From: Gonapodya sp. JEL0774 | Taxonomy: Eukaryota | Direction: 5' to 3' | Assembly: GCA_027604505.1 (NCBI GenBank) | Contig: JADIIX010000001.1 | Coordinates: forward strand, 310,001-374,000 | Length of the DNA: 64,000 nt | Part shown: positions 11,642 to 23,211 of the stretch, one piece after another | Layout: each line of letters starts with the position of its first letter | Position numbering within the stretch: the first letter of the stretch is position 1 | The notes under the pieces: model-generated | What the model was told of the DNA's origin: nothing | Databases searched by the model: none | What the model saw: the letters and a program-made list of their open reading frames with translations, nothing else | Translations under genes and position numbers: made by a program

Positions 11642-14600
11642 ATGTCGCGACCTCCGGCGACTGCAAATACGCCTGCAAGTGCATCTAGCCATAGCGATGT
11701 GGTCTCACGTCTCCGCCCGTCTACCGCCCCTGTCTCAGCAACACACTCCACGACACGTCCAGGAAGTGTGTCATCGAACAGAATCCAAATGCCTTCAAGG
11801 CCTGTATCGCGTCCCATTTCCGCTCTAAGCAAGCCTGGATTGGCCCAAAGACTGCGGCCCTCCACGGATCGACCTAATTCGAATTCTAGACCAAGAACGG
11901 CGGCATCCACCACGGGGGGAGGGTCGTCCTCCGATGACCCATGTTGGATTGTTGCTGTCGTTGAGGGACGAGGCGTTGCACCGGAGATTGCTGTTGCGGC
12001 GCTGGACCTCAGAACTAGCAAGTGTGAGCTTTGCCAGGTTAGTCATTCCCACGGGTCACGGGACCTCGGAAAGGGAATATGCGATAAGGAAAGGAAGTTA
12101 AAAGAGAGCCAGTATTGGATGCTTTTGCTGGTTTCTCTCTTTTCTCTCTTTTCTCTCTTTTCCAGATGTTGTGCTTTCCTCGGAATAAAGCTAAAATCCT
12201 CATTCGATTGAATTGTCAAAGTTCTCCGACTCCCAGTCATACTCCAAGCTCATCAACAAGCTTTACATTTATGATCCTATCGAGGTGAGTAGCGTCATTG
12301 CTCAAATTTGCGGTTTGTCGTTTGTCTATGGCACCAAGGGAAACCTTTATTCGGACACGTGAGCCATTGCGTGATCATCCTGTCAGATTCACTCCATAAC
12401 ACAAAATATTCAGATCTCAACTCGAATTTTGTATTCTCGCTGCGGAGTCTAGATTCTTCTCCCCATTACCGTATGCGAGCCAAACCCTTCCAAGCTCGCC
12501 CTTGCGATCGCGGATAGTATACCCGAAGCAGAGCTGGTACCAACCGGTAGAAAGTACTTCAATGATAACAATGGTAGGTGTAGCTCGAATTGAGGAATTG
12601 ATGCCGTGGGTTCGAGAGATCACGTGATAACACTGAACTATGGATAAACAACGAAACGAGTCCCACCTGGCTTCACTATTATCATCTTCTAAACGAAATG
12701 GCATGCCGCTGGTGCACCGATTGGTTGTACGTGTTTTGACGATCCGCTGCCTCCGTCCACCTTACCAAGGCCTTACCACAATTTCCAACCTCTCCCTACC
12801 GGATTCACTACCCCCCCTCCTTCATGGTCTGGAACGCAAAAGATTTGCGCTGTCTACCCTTTCCGCCCTTTTCACGTACCTGGAAAGCGGATCAGCAGGT
12901 GTCTCGATCGAGAGGTTGGGGGCAGGGAAACCCAAAGCAAAACAAGGTTTAAGTTTTGCTCGCGGCAGTATCCGGTTTGAAGTCGTAGGGGTGGAGGGAG
13001 GAATGGTGGTGGGTGAGTGAAGAGTCGATGGGACGCAGTGATTGCAGCGATGAGTGCTCATTCGCTCCCGTTCTCCAGATGCCACGACCGCCCGTAATCT
13101 AGAGCTTGTTCGCAACACTGGTGATGTTCGTGCAAAATCTGCATGCCTTTTCGGAGCCATCGACAAGACATGCACCCCAATGGGAGGTAAGGAATCCTAC
13201 CGGCACGAATCTAACAACCACATCCGAAATGCTCATGGCTGCTCTTTCCAAGCACGCCTTCTTCGTTTGACGATCCTTCAACCACTGTGTCAAAAGACAA
13301 CACTTGATGCAAGATTGGACTGTGTGGAGGAATTGACTGCAGACGAAGAAACGTTCTTTGGTGTTCGCAAAGGACTTGGAGAGCTCGGGGTGGATGTAGA
13401 TCACCTGTAGGCCACTCACACAAATTTTCCTGGCACTTTGACGTCGAATTGTGACGAAGAGCGTACCTATCACTCTCATGCTCCATGGCCGTGTCGCAGA
13501 ATCACTTCCATTATCACCACCGCCCCAACGGCAAGACCTTCCGCCATGCTCGCCTCCCTCAATCACACATGCCAACTTGCCCGTCTACTTCGGCGGCTTC
13601 CGACCATTAGCATTGCACTAGCTTCATGCAAGGTGCCGACGCTGCGCGCCGTCAGGGTAAACTTGTCTGATCCTGAACTGGAGAGTATTGGACAGTGGAT
13701 CAATGAAGTAGTCAGTGAAGAGGGTGCAGCGGTACAACAAGGGAAGGAGGGGGGATGGGGAGGCGGAGGACAAGGTGGAAGGAGAAGCATGGTGTGGGCA
13801 GTGAAGGTGCGCCGTGACTAAGGATCTGAAAAGCCAATTATGAAACTGCCTTACACTACTCCACAGTCCAACCGAACCCCGCTCCTCGACATTGCCCGCC
13901 AAACATATCAAGAGAATGTTCATGACGTTTTTCAGCTCGCGTCCACCCTGTCGGACACGCACGGACTCCCTTTCAAGCTTTTGTGGGCCGATCGGACGGG
14001 ATTCCAGCTTAGCGTGAGCAGAGAGGCTGTGGAAGCCAGTCAAAATGGTCTTCCAGCAATATTCGTAAATGCTTCGTGGAAGAAGAAGACTGTTGTAGGG
14101 ACGACCGTGGAGTTGGTAGGTGAGCCTGTGTTATAAATAAAATACGCGATCAACCAGTTCCCTGCCAATTTAACAGAAACAACGAAACGAGCGCATCAAT
14201 GATTCTCTTAACGAAGTTTGGTTGATGAGCGACGGGTATGTTTCACGCTTCTGCCACCAATTCGACTAGGGTATTTAACATACCAACTTGCACAACACTC
14301 ACATCACGGAATAACAGAATAGTCCGCGAACTGCTCGATAAAGTCCGTGCGAAGATCTCTATATTATATAGTGTCGCAGAGAGTCTTGCGGTGCTGGATA
14401 TGCTCGCTTCTTTTGCAGCATACTGTACTACCACTGACAGTGGTGAGCTTCATTCTCAAAATTTTGATCAGGAACCAGTTTGAAAGCACTCAAACAATCC
14501 TCTCTCTGTCCTATGTGCGCTCGTTCGTGTTTTCCCTTCCGTCTGTAAGTTCGCCCTGAGTTCACCGACACGCTCGCGATCAAAGCAGGCCGACACCCGA

Positions 14601-15928
14601 TTCTGGACCGCATAAATGTTGATAAGTACATTGCCAATGATGCGTACGCAAGTGAGGGTACCAATTTTCAGGTGCGCAGGTGGATCACGAGCGATCACTT
14701 CATGCTTTTACCTTCAACTTGTTGTGGATGGCGAATGCCCAGATCATAACAGGACCTAACATGTCAGGCAAAAGCACCTAGTAAGCTTCCCACCGAATCT
14801 AAAATGTTCGTGGTCACCACACTCACCTAGTTTCACACGGCCGCAGTCTCCGCCAAATCGCCTTAATTCAGGTTCTATCACAAATTGGTAGTTTCATTCC
14901 CGCCGATTATTGCTCCGTGCGCTTGGCAGATCGGCTCATGTCGAGGTTGTGTGGGGACAACGACGATGTGGAAGGAAATGCGAGTACCTTTCTGCTGGAG
15001 ATGCGCGAGGCGGCCTATATAGTGGAGGTGGGTGTACAGACTTCCGTGAGAAAGTGTAAGGAACAATCATGCACACCGGTTTGTGACTTGTTTTCTTGTA
15101 GAATGCGGGCGACTCAAGTGTAGTAATTATTGACGAGCTGGGAAGAGGAACTTCAACATATGACGGAATTGGTCTGACATACGCGATTGCTGAGGAGTTA
15201 ATTAAACGCAAGGTGATATCGTCAAGTCATCGTCTTCAACAGGAATATGTCCAACACTCTCTTGAATATCCGGGTTTTGCCACCACAGTCCTTCACCTTT
15301 TTCGCCACTCATTTCCACACCCTCGTCCCAGCACTCACAGGGCCCTACCCCACGGCTGTTCCTCTCCACCTCGAGGTAGCCAGGTGTGAGACCGTGCGAA
15401 ACACTGATACGGGGGACTGTGACGCAAGGTTGACGATAAAGTACACTTACACCGTGAGGGATGGTACGGGGGAGGAAGACGGCTACGGTATCAGACTGGC
15501 GGGTATGTTAGGGATGCCAGGAGGAGTAACGAAATATGCAAAGAAGATTGCAGGGGAGGTGAGCCGGGAAAGTTGGTCAATGCGCATTCCATCACTAATT
15601 TCTGTTGTGGGATACAGCTACGTGCCAAGATATCAGCAGCAGCTCTTCAGAACGAGGCGACAAAAGCCAATAGACGCAAAAAAGCATGCTTGCAAGTATG
15701 TGTATTGTGTGCTCGTAGACGTTTGAGTCCGTTCAAGCATATAGTTCTTATGTCCAGCTCGCCAACGCGCTTGTCCAAGCCAGGCGATCCTCCACACTCG
15801 ACGAAGAGGGAATGCGCGCATATCTGACCTCCTTACGAGACAGCTTTGTGGCAGAGGTAAAGCGAATTGAGGGGATTGAGGATGAAGAGGAGAATGGGGA
15901 CGGGGAAGAAGAGGAGGGTTACACGTAA
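11642..15928 (+). CDS. MSH4: Meiotic MutS homolog 4, many short introns
   Basis: [63 protein letters not shown], Walker [36 protein letters not shown]. It lacks the N-terminal mismatch-binding domain, as MSH4 does. Stop TAA 15926-15928. Confidence 0.9.
12132..12161. repeat. Short pyrimidine tandem repeat (TTTCTCTCT(T)) x3 in MSH4 intron 1
   Basis: tttctctct tttctctctt ttctctcttt immediately upstream of a CAG. Confidence 0.6.
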
Positions 15929-16371
15929 TGATCATGCTATTCAAAAACATGATACTGCGGCCGTACATGAAGATCTGGACCAAATGCACCTACTTTATCG
16001 TCGTCATGCTATCTGGGGTTTATCACCACTCTCCCCAAGCTGGAATAGGTGCGGTGGTCAAGGTGCTGCCGTGGTTCTGATGTTCGTGTTCGCCGTGCTT
16101 TACATTAGAATAAGATTTGTTAAGATTCAGATTATTGATTTGCATATTTCATGTTCCAGAGTTGGTGGAGGAGATATCTCCGAGGGTGATCCTGCACTCT
16201 GTGTGGGATCGCTCCTGCGTTCTTCCAGCTCATCCGGGGAGGGCAAAACGTATCAAAACTGCGGGCCCAGCTCATAATGCCAAAATCATACGTTTGTGGC
16301 AATTTCCCCAACAATTCATCCCTCCAACTGCCATCTCGACCAACCAGCGGTCCTCATAATAGCACTTTCAA

Positions 16372-17812
16372 TTATATGTCCTGCAAATACACCCAGGTGT
16401 CCTGTCTTGCTCTCCTGAATTTTTTTCCAAAAATAGTGATAGCTGCACCGCCAAGAATGAGCACACCAGCTGCCGCCGCCGTGGCTATGGCAACGCGGGA
16501 GGCAGGGCTCAGATTTGTGTCAGGGGGTGGTGCAGTGGTGACAACTGTGATAGATGGTGCAGACATAGGAGACAGAGACAAGTTTTGGGGATCGGGTGTG
16601 CGGGAAGAAGCTGAAGCAGGAGGTACAGAGCTCAGTAGTAGAGAAGTAACTGAGATGGTTGAGGAGGGGAGGTTAACAGGGCTCGGCGAGCCTTGTACGG
16701 TCGTTAGGGTGCTTGCAGTTGTCCATGTTTTTTTCAAGGTGGTTGGCACTGGGGAGGTCGGTTGTGACGTTGTCACCTCTCCCCCTGTGCTTGTTGTTCT
16801 CGCTTCCGGGGGTAGTTCTTTCGAAATTCCTGCTGGCAGGCTGCACACGGGAGAAGGTAGAGTGGCCGGGGACTCAGTTGTGAAGGACACAGGAGGAGCG
16901 GTTGGGAAAGGATACGGACAGGAACCGGATGGATTGTCTGGCGATAAACCAGGCTAACAAACTTCAGTAAATCACAAAATAGCAGCACAAATTCTGCTGA
17001 GTGGTACTCACAGAGCGCCCCTAACCGTTGGGCCAATGTTGAGTCAAAATTCGCCAACGCGCAGAAGCCGTTGGGACCACCCCAAGGATTGGTTATCTTG
17101 ATATGGAAATGACACAGGGAGTCGTAGCGGCAATTCGTAACAGATGTGGATCAGAGTGATTAGAGATGAGCTAGCGTAACTGAACTCTCCAGTAGAATCG
17201 TCCACTGGGTGCACCGCCAGTTTCATCTTCGATTTCTGCAAAGAAACCACACTACGCTACGGATCATCTCTCAGTATTCCCTGTTTCCTGTAGAGGCTTC
17301 CTTCTGATGCCCGCGTAAAGCTTACTTTGACGAACAATAGTTCCCCAGCGCATGACTCGGTACTCGGAACTTGGATTGCAAAAGCGCCATCGTTACATGC
17401 CAACGTATTGGAAATGAGTCTTCCGGCATAAAAGTGACTTTCAGAGGATATGAGGATATATTTTGAGCTTGAGATCCAGAGATTCGTTGGTACTTTTGAG
17501 GCAGTCCTCACCAGTCAGCAGGCAACGGTCCATTCACCAGCTCGAGAGAGACCACAGGGGTTTTTGACCACTGCAGGGGATCCCATAGGGCAGGAAGCGA
17601 TGAGCCCGGCGACACACGTGTCTGTGCATCTATCAGTTAGGAAGACATCAACGCAAACTGGCGTCTTGAAACGATAGAAGCTGAAGCGTACCTGCTGTGC
17701 TCAAGAACAGGCAAGATATCATCAGCAGAAGGACGAAGATCGGCTTCAAGCGCGATCGGGGTTCTGCGAAACGCAACGATCCATCATACGTCGAGTCCCC
17801 GCTCTTGTGCAT
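16372..17812 (-). CDS. Putative single-pass membrane protein: signal peptide, small extracellular beta domain, Ser/Thr/Pro-rich stalk, TM helix
   Basis: KPIFVLLLMISCLFLSTA|DAQTRVSPG...WDPLQWSKTPVVSLELVNGPL spliced in frame. The S/T-rich stalk leads to TM segment VAIATAAAAGVLILGGAAITIFG followed by KKFRRAR. Some internal junctions are unresolved. Confidence 0.55.
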
Positions 17813-18337
17813 CGGAGCTCGATGGCCCCAAAGATTACTCTTGTGGAACACGGAGAACTTCCTGCAAATCGTAGGAACCTCCACGGAGGGATCGAACAAG
17901 TGTTCTGGCCATTTGCCACACTGGCTCGGACGTGGCGCTTTCAAGCTTGAATAAAGGATCCACGTAGATGGATCCCTTACTGAGGGGCCACTCCACACAT
18001 CTCGCGCAAGTACTAGCATGAGAAAATTGGAGCAACCGCAATTCCCACTGAGAAGTTTTTTTTTTTCATTGGTGGCTACATATATGTGGTGCCAGCAACA
18101 ATACTCGGAATACATACACTCGCCAGTCTAGCTTGGGAGGCCAGCTCCCCACATCCAACAGGTCTAATAAACAATTACGACGGCATACTCTGATGAAGTA
18201 AACTACGAGAAGGACCTGTCCCAAGTCCCGCGAACGTCCGTTCCTTCCCTCAGAAACAGTCCAAAACCAACTCTCCCAAATAAGTCACGGTGTCTGTAAA
18301 TAAATGATACCTGGTTGTACTGATACGATTGCGTAGA

Positions 18338-20699
18338 TTACGCCCATTGGTAGTAGCGGACGTAGTCGATCAAGAACTGTTGATTTGAGTTCGTTCCAAT
18401 GTTCTGTCCGAAGTCGCCACCCTAAAGATAGGAAGAAGGACAGAGGACATGAATATCTCGGAAAAGGTATTGAGATTGTTGACCCGCACCCACCATGGCC
18501 AAGTTCAGAATCATGTAGAAGCTCTGGGCAAATGGCCAGCTCGCAAGGTCATAGCCGAAGTCGGACTGCTTTCCGGTGAGCACATTCTTGCCATTCACCA
18601 AAATGCTGATCTCGGACGCAGACCACACCATTGTGTAGGTGTTGAATGCATTGGCGTCAATGCCAACATTGTTGGTCAATTGATTACCGTACATCCAATT
18701 TCGGTTTTGGGTGTGGAGAGTGGAGTAGCAGATGGGTCCTTTGTTGCCAGCGTACTCTGGAGGTTGTGTTGGGTCTTTAATGTCAGGGCACATGGCGGCA
18801 GCAGCAACAAGGAGGAACACACACCAAGCATGTCAATTTCGCCCTGGTAAGGCCAGCTATTGCTAAAAGTGCCGCTAGAATCACCAGCAACAATGGTGTT
18901 AGTCAAGTTGCGTCTTGGACAGTACTGATAGTGCTTCACTCACAGAAGCCAGATTGCGGGCCATGTTCCCGATCCGGTGGGAACCTTGGCCCTGACGTCG
19001 ATTCGTCCGTATTGGAATGTCACCTTACCAAGAGTCATAACTTTCCCGCTCGTCCACTTGCCGTTGTTGTTGACAGCCTGGAGCACGAGGTTACCATCCG
19101 CAACGTACACATTCTGACTGTTTGTAGTGTACTGTTGCACTTCGTTATTGTAGACTTGGCCTGTAATGGCCACATGTCATTAATAAAAAAACAACGGAGA
19201 AGGGGGGAGGAAATGAGACCATTCAGAACCAACCAGTGAAGATGCCCCATTTGGATTGGTCAAGCGAATTTCCGTTGAACTCATCGCTCCAAACCAACTT
19301 CATGCCAGCGATCGATGTGTCCGTAGCTGCGGCAGCAGACGCAGGCACAGGAGTAACCGCACCTTGCTGTGAAGAATACGATATAAGAGGTTATGGAGGA
19401 TTGGGCGGCGCCTGCGACGCGTACGATCACATACGCTTGCGACATTTGCACTTCCACTGATACCACTTGGGAACCACGTGTTGCAGGACCATGCGCTCCA
19501 GTCACTCAAGTCCTGGGCAGAGGCGGTTTGCCCATCCTTGACTGCAGCATAGATGGTGTCGCATGTACGAGTCGCAGCGGGAGGCGGAGGAGGCGGAGGC
19601 GGTGGTGGGGGAGGTCCTGGTACTGTCGCGCCCTGGGCAGCTGCGCTCTGGGCCGGCGGCGGAGGGGTAGCCTTTACGGTGGATGTACTTGTACTGTTAC
19701 CAGGCAGACCTGTCGGAAGAGAAACGGTCTCAATGGATGATACGCGAGATGCACGGCTAAGAGTCTTGCACAAACCTTTAGGGTACCATGTGTTGCATTT
19801 CCACAAAGTCCAGTCGCTCTTGTCCTGTGCAGTGGCGACTGTCCCACCAGCAACAGTAGCGTAGATGGTATCGCATGTCCGTTTCGTCGTGGCAGTAACG
19901 GGAGCACTTGCTGCTTGCGCCTGAGCACTAGATCCAATACCTTGATGGTTGTTATTATAACAAAGGTGCAGTGTGTGGGTGGGAGCCAACCAAGCAAACA
20001 CAGGAATTGTGTTTACCTTCCGGGTGCCACTTAACACAATCCCACGCGCGCCAGTCACTGTAATCATTGCTTGCCAGCGTTTTTCCTTGCTTGAAGGCTT
20101 CGAAAATCGTGTCGCAAGACCGCTGTATCGGGGCGAGGGCACGTAAACACAGATGGGGAGGAATTCCAGCTGCAACACTCTCAACGAGGACATCAATGGA
20201 TTCAGCTCACCGTGTCCCACAGGCACTGGGAGTAAGCATTGTTGACCTTCACGCAGCTCCACCCTTGTTCACAGCAGCTTGTAGGTCCTACATAGCCTGC
20301 AGAAAACTTCAAATATCGGAAAGACAAAGCGAAACTGGGAAACCCGACCGCTCACCAGAACCCCCGCATTGATTGTACTTTGCAACACATTGGCTACTAA
20401 TCTGCTTGATATCAGGAGAATTGGTTGGACGGTGGTCGAGTTCCGAGTTACCCACAACAACAAGAAGCCCCAACGTGCAAAAACGAGCTACTAACGGAGG
20501 AAGGAGAGCCCCCTTGAGTGCACTGAGAGTACCAATCGTTTTGCTTGGTGCAGACAGCTCCGCCGTCGCAGCAGGTTGGTCCAGTATATGTTTTCCCCCC
20601 GCATTGGGACCCCAATGCTGAACATGCCGCGTTCGCTTCTCGAAGTAGCAGACCGGCTGCCACGGCTCCAACGAGTGCCGTTGAGGAACGAATCCGCAT
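18338..20699 (-). CDS. Secreted GH16 beta-1,3-glucanase (laminarinase-like) with two CBM1 modules and three Trp/Cys repeats
   Basis: Signal peptide MRIRSSTALVGAVAAGLLLREANA. CBM1a: CSALGSQCGGKTYTGPTCCDGGAVCTKQNDWYSQC. CBM1b: CVAKYNQCGGSG|YVGPTSCCEQGWSCVKVNNAYSQCL. GH16 motifs: LVWSDEFNG, NNEVQQYT, FQYGRIDVRAKVP, GTWPAIWLL, WPYQGEIDML|E (ExDxxE), WPFAQSFYMILNLAM|GG, FLIDYVRYYQ. Confidence 0.9.
19464..20122 (-). repeat. Three coding repeats of a 35-aa motif R[ST]CDTIx5Gx6DxSDWxxWxCxxWxPxG
   Basis: Copies at 20017-20122, 19776-19881 and 19464-19569. Each spans 106 nt and is followed by a GT at the same codon phase. Confidence 0.85.
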
Positions 20700-21409
20700 C
20701 GCGTAATAAAAAGGAGTGCGGGTGGTAAGGAGAGATCCAAATTTGGATGGGCGTGTTGATGTTTGTTTTGCAAGTGGCGGGATTTGGGACAGGATTCGCA
20801 ACCCGGACCACCCTTACCGCAAATGCACCAAACACAAGGTCAAACTTGGATACATCTCGAGCGGAAAGGAGAATTCTCTTAGAATTAAAATTAGCCTGGG
20901 CTTCAAGTCTTCTGTCATCCATTTTCTAATTGGACACTAGAATCAGTTCTGCCGTGGACTAGTCCCAAAGTGGCGGTGATCTTCCCATCGTTTGAAAAGG
21001 AAACTCGTGAGGCGGAGAGACCATGGACTTTTGGAAGCATAAATGCGTTATATGTACATAACCGTTGATGCTTGATAGCACATTTTACATCATGCTCAGT
21101 ATCATTCAAAGTTCCGTGGAGCCTCAGGCGAACCGCCGCCTTCTCCCCTGGCGAGCCAAGCTTCTTCACCAAGTGAAACATGGTTTACGTCTTGGTCACA
21201 ATAATACAACAACAGAACAAAGCACCTAACACATAAGTATGCACTCTCTATCCCTGAAAAGGAAGCTGGGAATGAAAACTGTTGTTGCAAGTAAGAGACT
21301 TCTCTTAGCTCTCGAGTGGAAGCAATTTTATTCGAATATTGTAGTACTGAGTGGAACTTAGAAGCACCGGAGACGCCATCAGATTTCCAAAAAATATTGA
21401 AATGAAACG

Positions 21410-22890
21410 TCAACTCATTAACACTGTCTCGATGACACGCCACATGTCTAGACAAGCCACAAGAGGGAGGAGTAGTGTTCAGTCCAACAACCATCGTCGC
21501 TCAGGTACAAGGCACTCACAGTAGCTGCCGATACTTCTCCAGGGCCTCCAATTTTCCGCAAGATGCTCCATCTCTTCAGCCGATGGGAGGTACATTCCGT
21601 CCCTGGTGCGTTCCGGTTTTGACTTCTTCTTGGGGTTGGCGATTGCGGAATCGGAAGAGTCTGACTTCACAACCTTGATGGGTCCTCGTAGGCCGAAATG
21701 CTTGGAAAAGCCCTTTCGCACCGCAAGATCTAAAGATGAGGACATTATGTAAGTCCAATGGCGCATTTTGCAAGAATAATGTGTCAGATCAACAAACGCG
21801 ACGTGAGTGGTTCGAATAGGAATGCACTCACCTCCTACTGGAAGGATATCTGGCATTTTGAGATCGAACATGAGGACTTTGTGGTCGATCAAACGAACGA
21901 CGACGAACAGTTTGTCAGTCTCTCATCCGCACTCGGTCAATTTGACTCGAAACATCACGCACACATGTCCTGCGTCCAAGGCCCTACGCCTTTGACTCCC
22001 TTTAAGGCTTCTCTAACTTTCTCTTCTGTCGCTCCGATTAGCATGGCGTCCGAGAGTCTTCCATCTACAAACCGTTCTGCAAGGCCCAAGATGAACACGG
22101 CCTTATTGTTGGATAAGCCACACGTAAGAAGATGCGCTTGATTAGAGGATGCAACTTGTTCCGGAGTGGGAAAGTTCGGCTGTGTGAGAACGGTTGATGA
22201 TTGGGCAAATGCAAATGAACAACAAGAAAACTCGAAATACAGATTACCCGAGCACCCCCTGCGCCTGCAGTAATATCGTATTTGCTGCGCATCAACGATC
22301 CCGAGCCTTTGGACCACTTACATCACTCCAATCCTCGTCGATAACATCTATACCCTCTTTTCCATCATGATGTTCCACAAAGAGATTCACGAAACGCCTC
22401 AGAATCTTTCCAGCCACCGTACCCGATAATTGCTGGTATATGATCGCCCGAACCAGTGATCTGAATGTGTTTGGTGAACCATCTATCGGATCCAGAATTG
22501 AGCAGGGTTGCGGTGAGCGGGCAATGACACTGTACAGAGCCGGGTCAGCTCTTCATTGTCGGTGAGGCGAGATGCGGTGAAGGCGGTGACGGTGAAGTGG
22601 GGTCAGAGGGACGCGGAAGAATCCGAAAAACTCCGCATTTGAACACCGACGTTCGAAAAAATTGCACGGCAGGGTGGTCCACATGTGGATGGTCGTCCGG
22701 AAACGACACACTTTCGGATTTCGTGACAGTCGCGGTGAAACATGGGGTGTTGGTCTTTGGGAGAAGAGGGTTCGCGCCCTTGTGATTCAACGTTTCAGGC
22801 GTTTGAGGAAGTCCAACGACTTCCTTTTTCCGGCGTTTGGGAGTCACGAAAGAAGGTGAATCCAAAAGTGGTCTCTTAGAATGCCTGACG
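21410..22890 (-). CDS. MAG1: DNA-3-methyladenine glycosylase (AlkA/Mag1, HhH-GPD superfamily)
   Basis: ADPALYSVI, TFRSLVRAIIYQQLSGTVAGKILRRF, FPTPEQV, LLTCGLSNNKAVFI, HhH LKGVKGVGPWTQDM, FDLKMPDILPVG|DLAVRKG, WRPWRSIGSY|YMWR. The exact start codon is unresolved. Confidence 0.85.
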
Positions 22891-23211
22891 GAAGAATGCG
22901 AACATCATGTGAACGAATGAGCCTCTGTCCATTTGTCCACTTATTTGACATGCCTGTCAGAGCTTCGCGGAGATCTCCGTGGGGTTGATGGCTCCTCCAT
23001 AGAGATAACCTGATCTAGTGTCGGAGATTACGAGAAACAACGTTGTTGTTGTTGGGTTGATGTTGTCCAAAGGGAAATGAAGGTTTTTGGGAGCTGCCTG
23101 AGGACAACCAATGGTCTGTGAAACATTGCTTCAATTTCTTTGCCAATGTCGACATGATCATTATCCCGAGCGACAATCATTCCTTTGCGTGGAACTACTC
23201 ACGACATCAAG

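Noticed and set aside
19576..19670. GGC/GGA/GGT-rich repeat
   Set aside because: It encodes the poly-Pro linker of the GH16 protein and is not an independent element.
20915..21400. Short minus-strand ORFs between GH16 and MAG1
   Set aside because: No homology cues; likely the MAG1 3' UTR and GH16 promoter.
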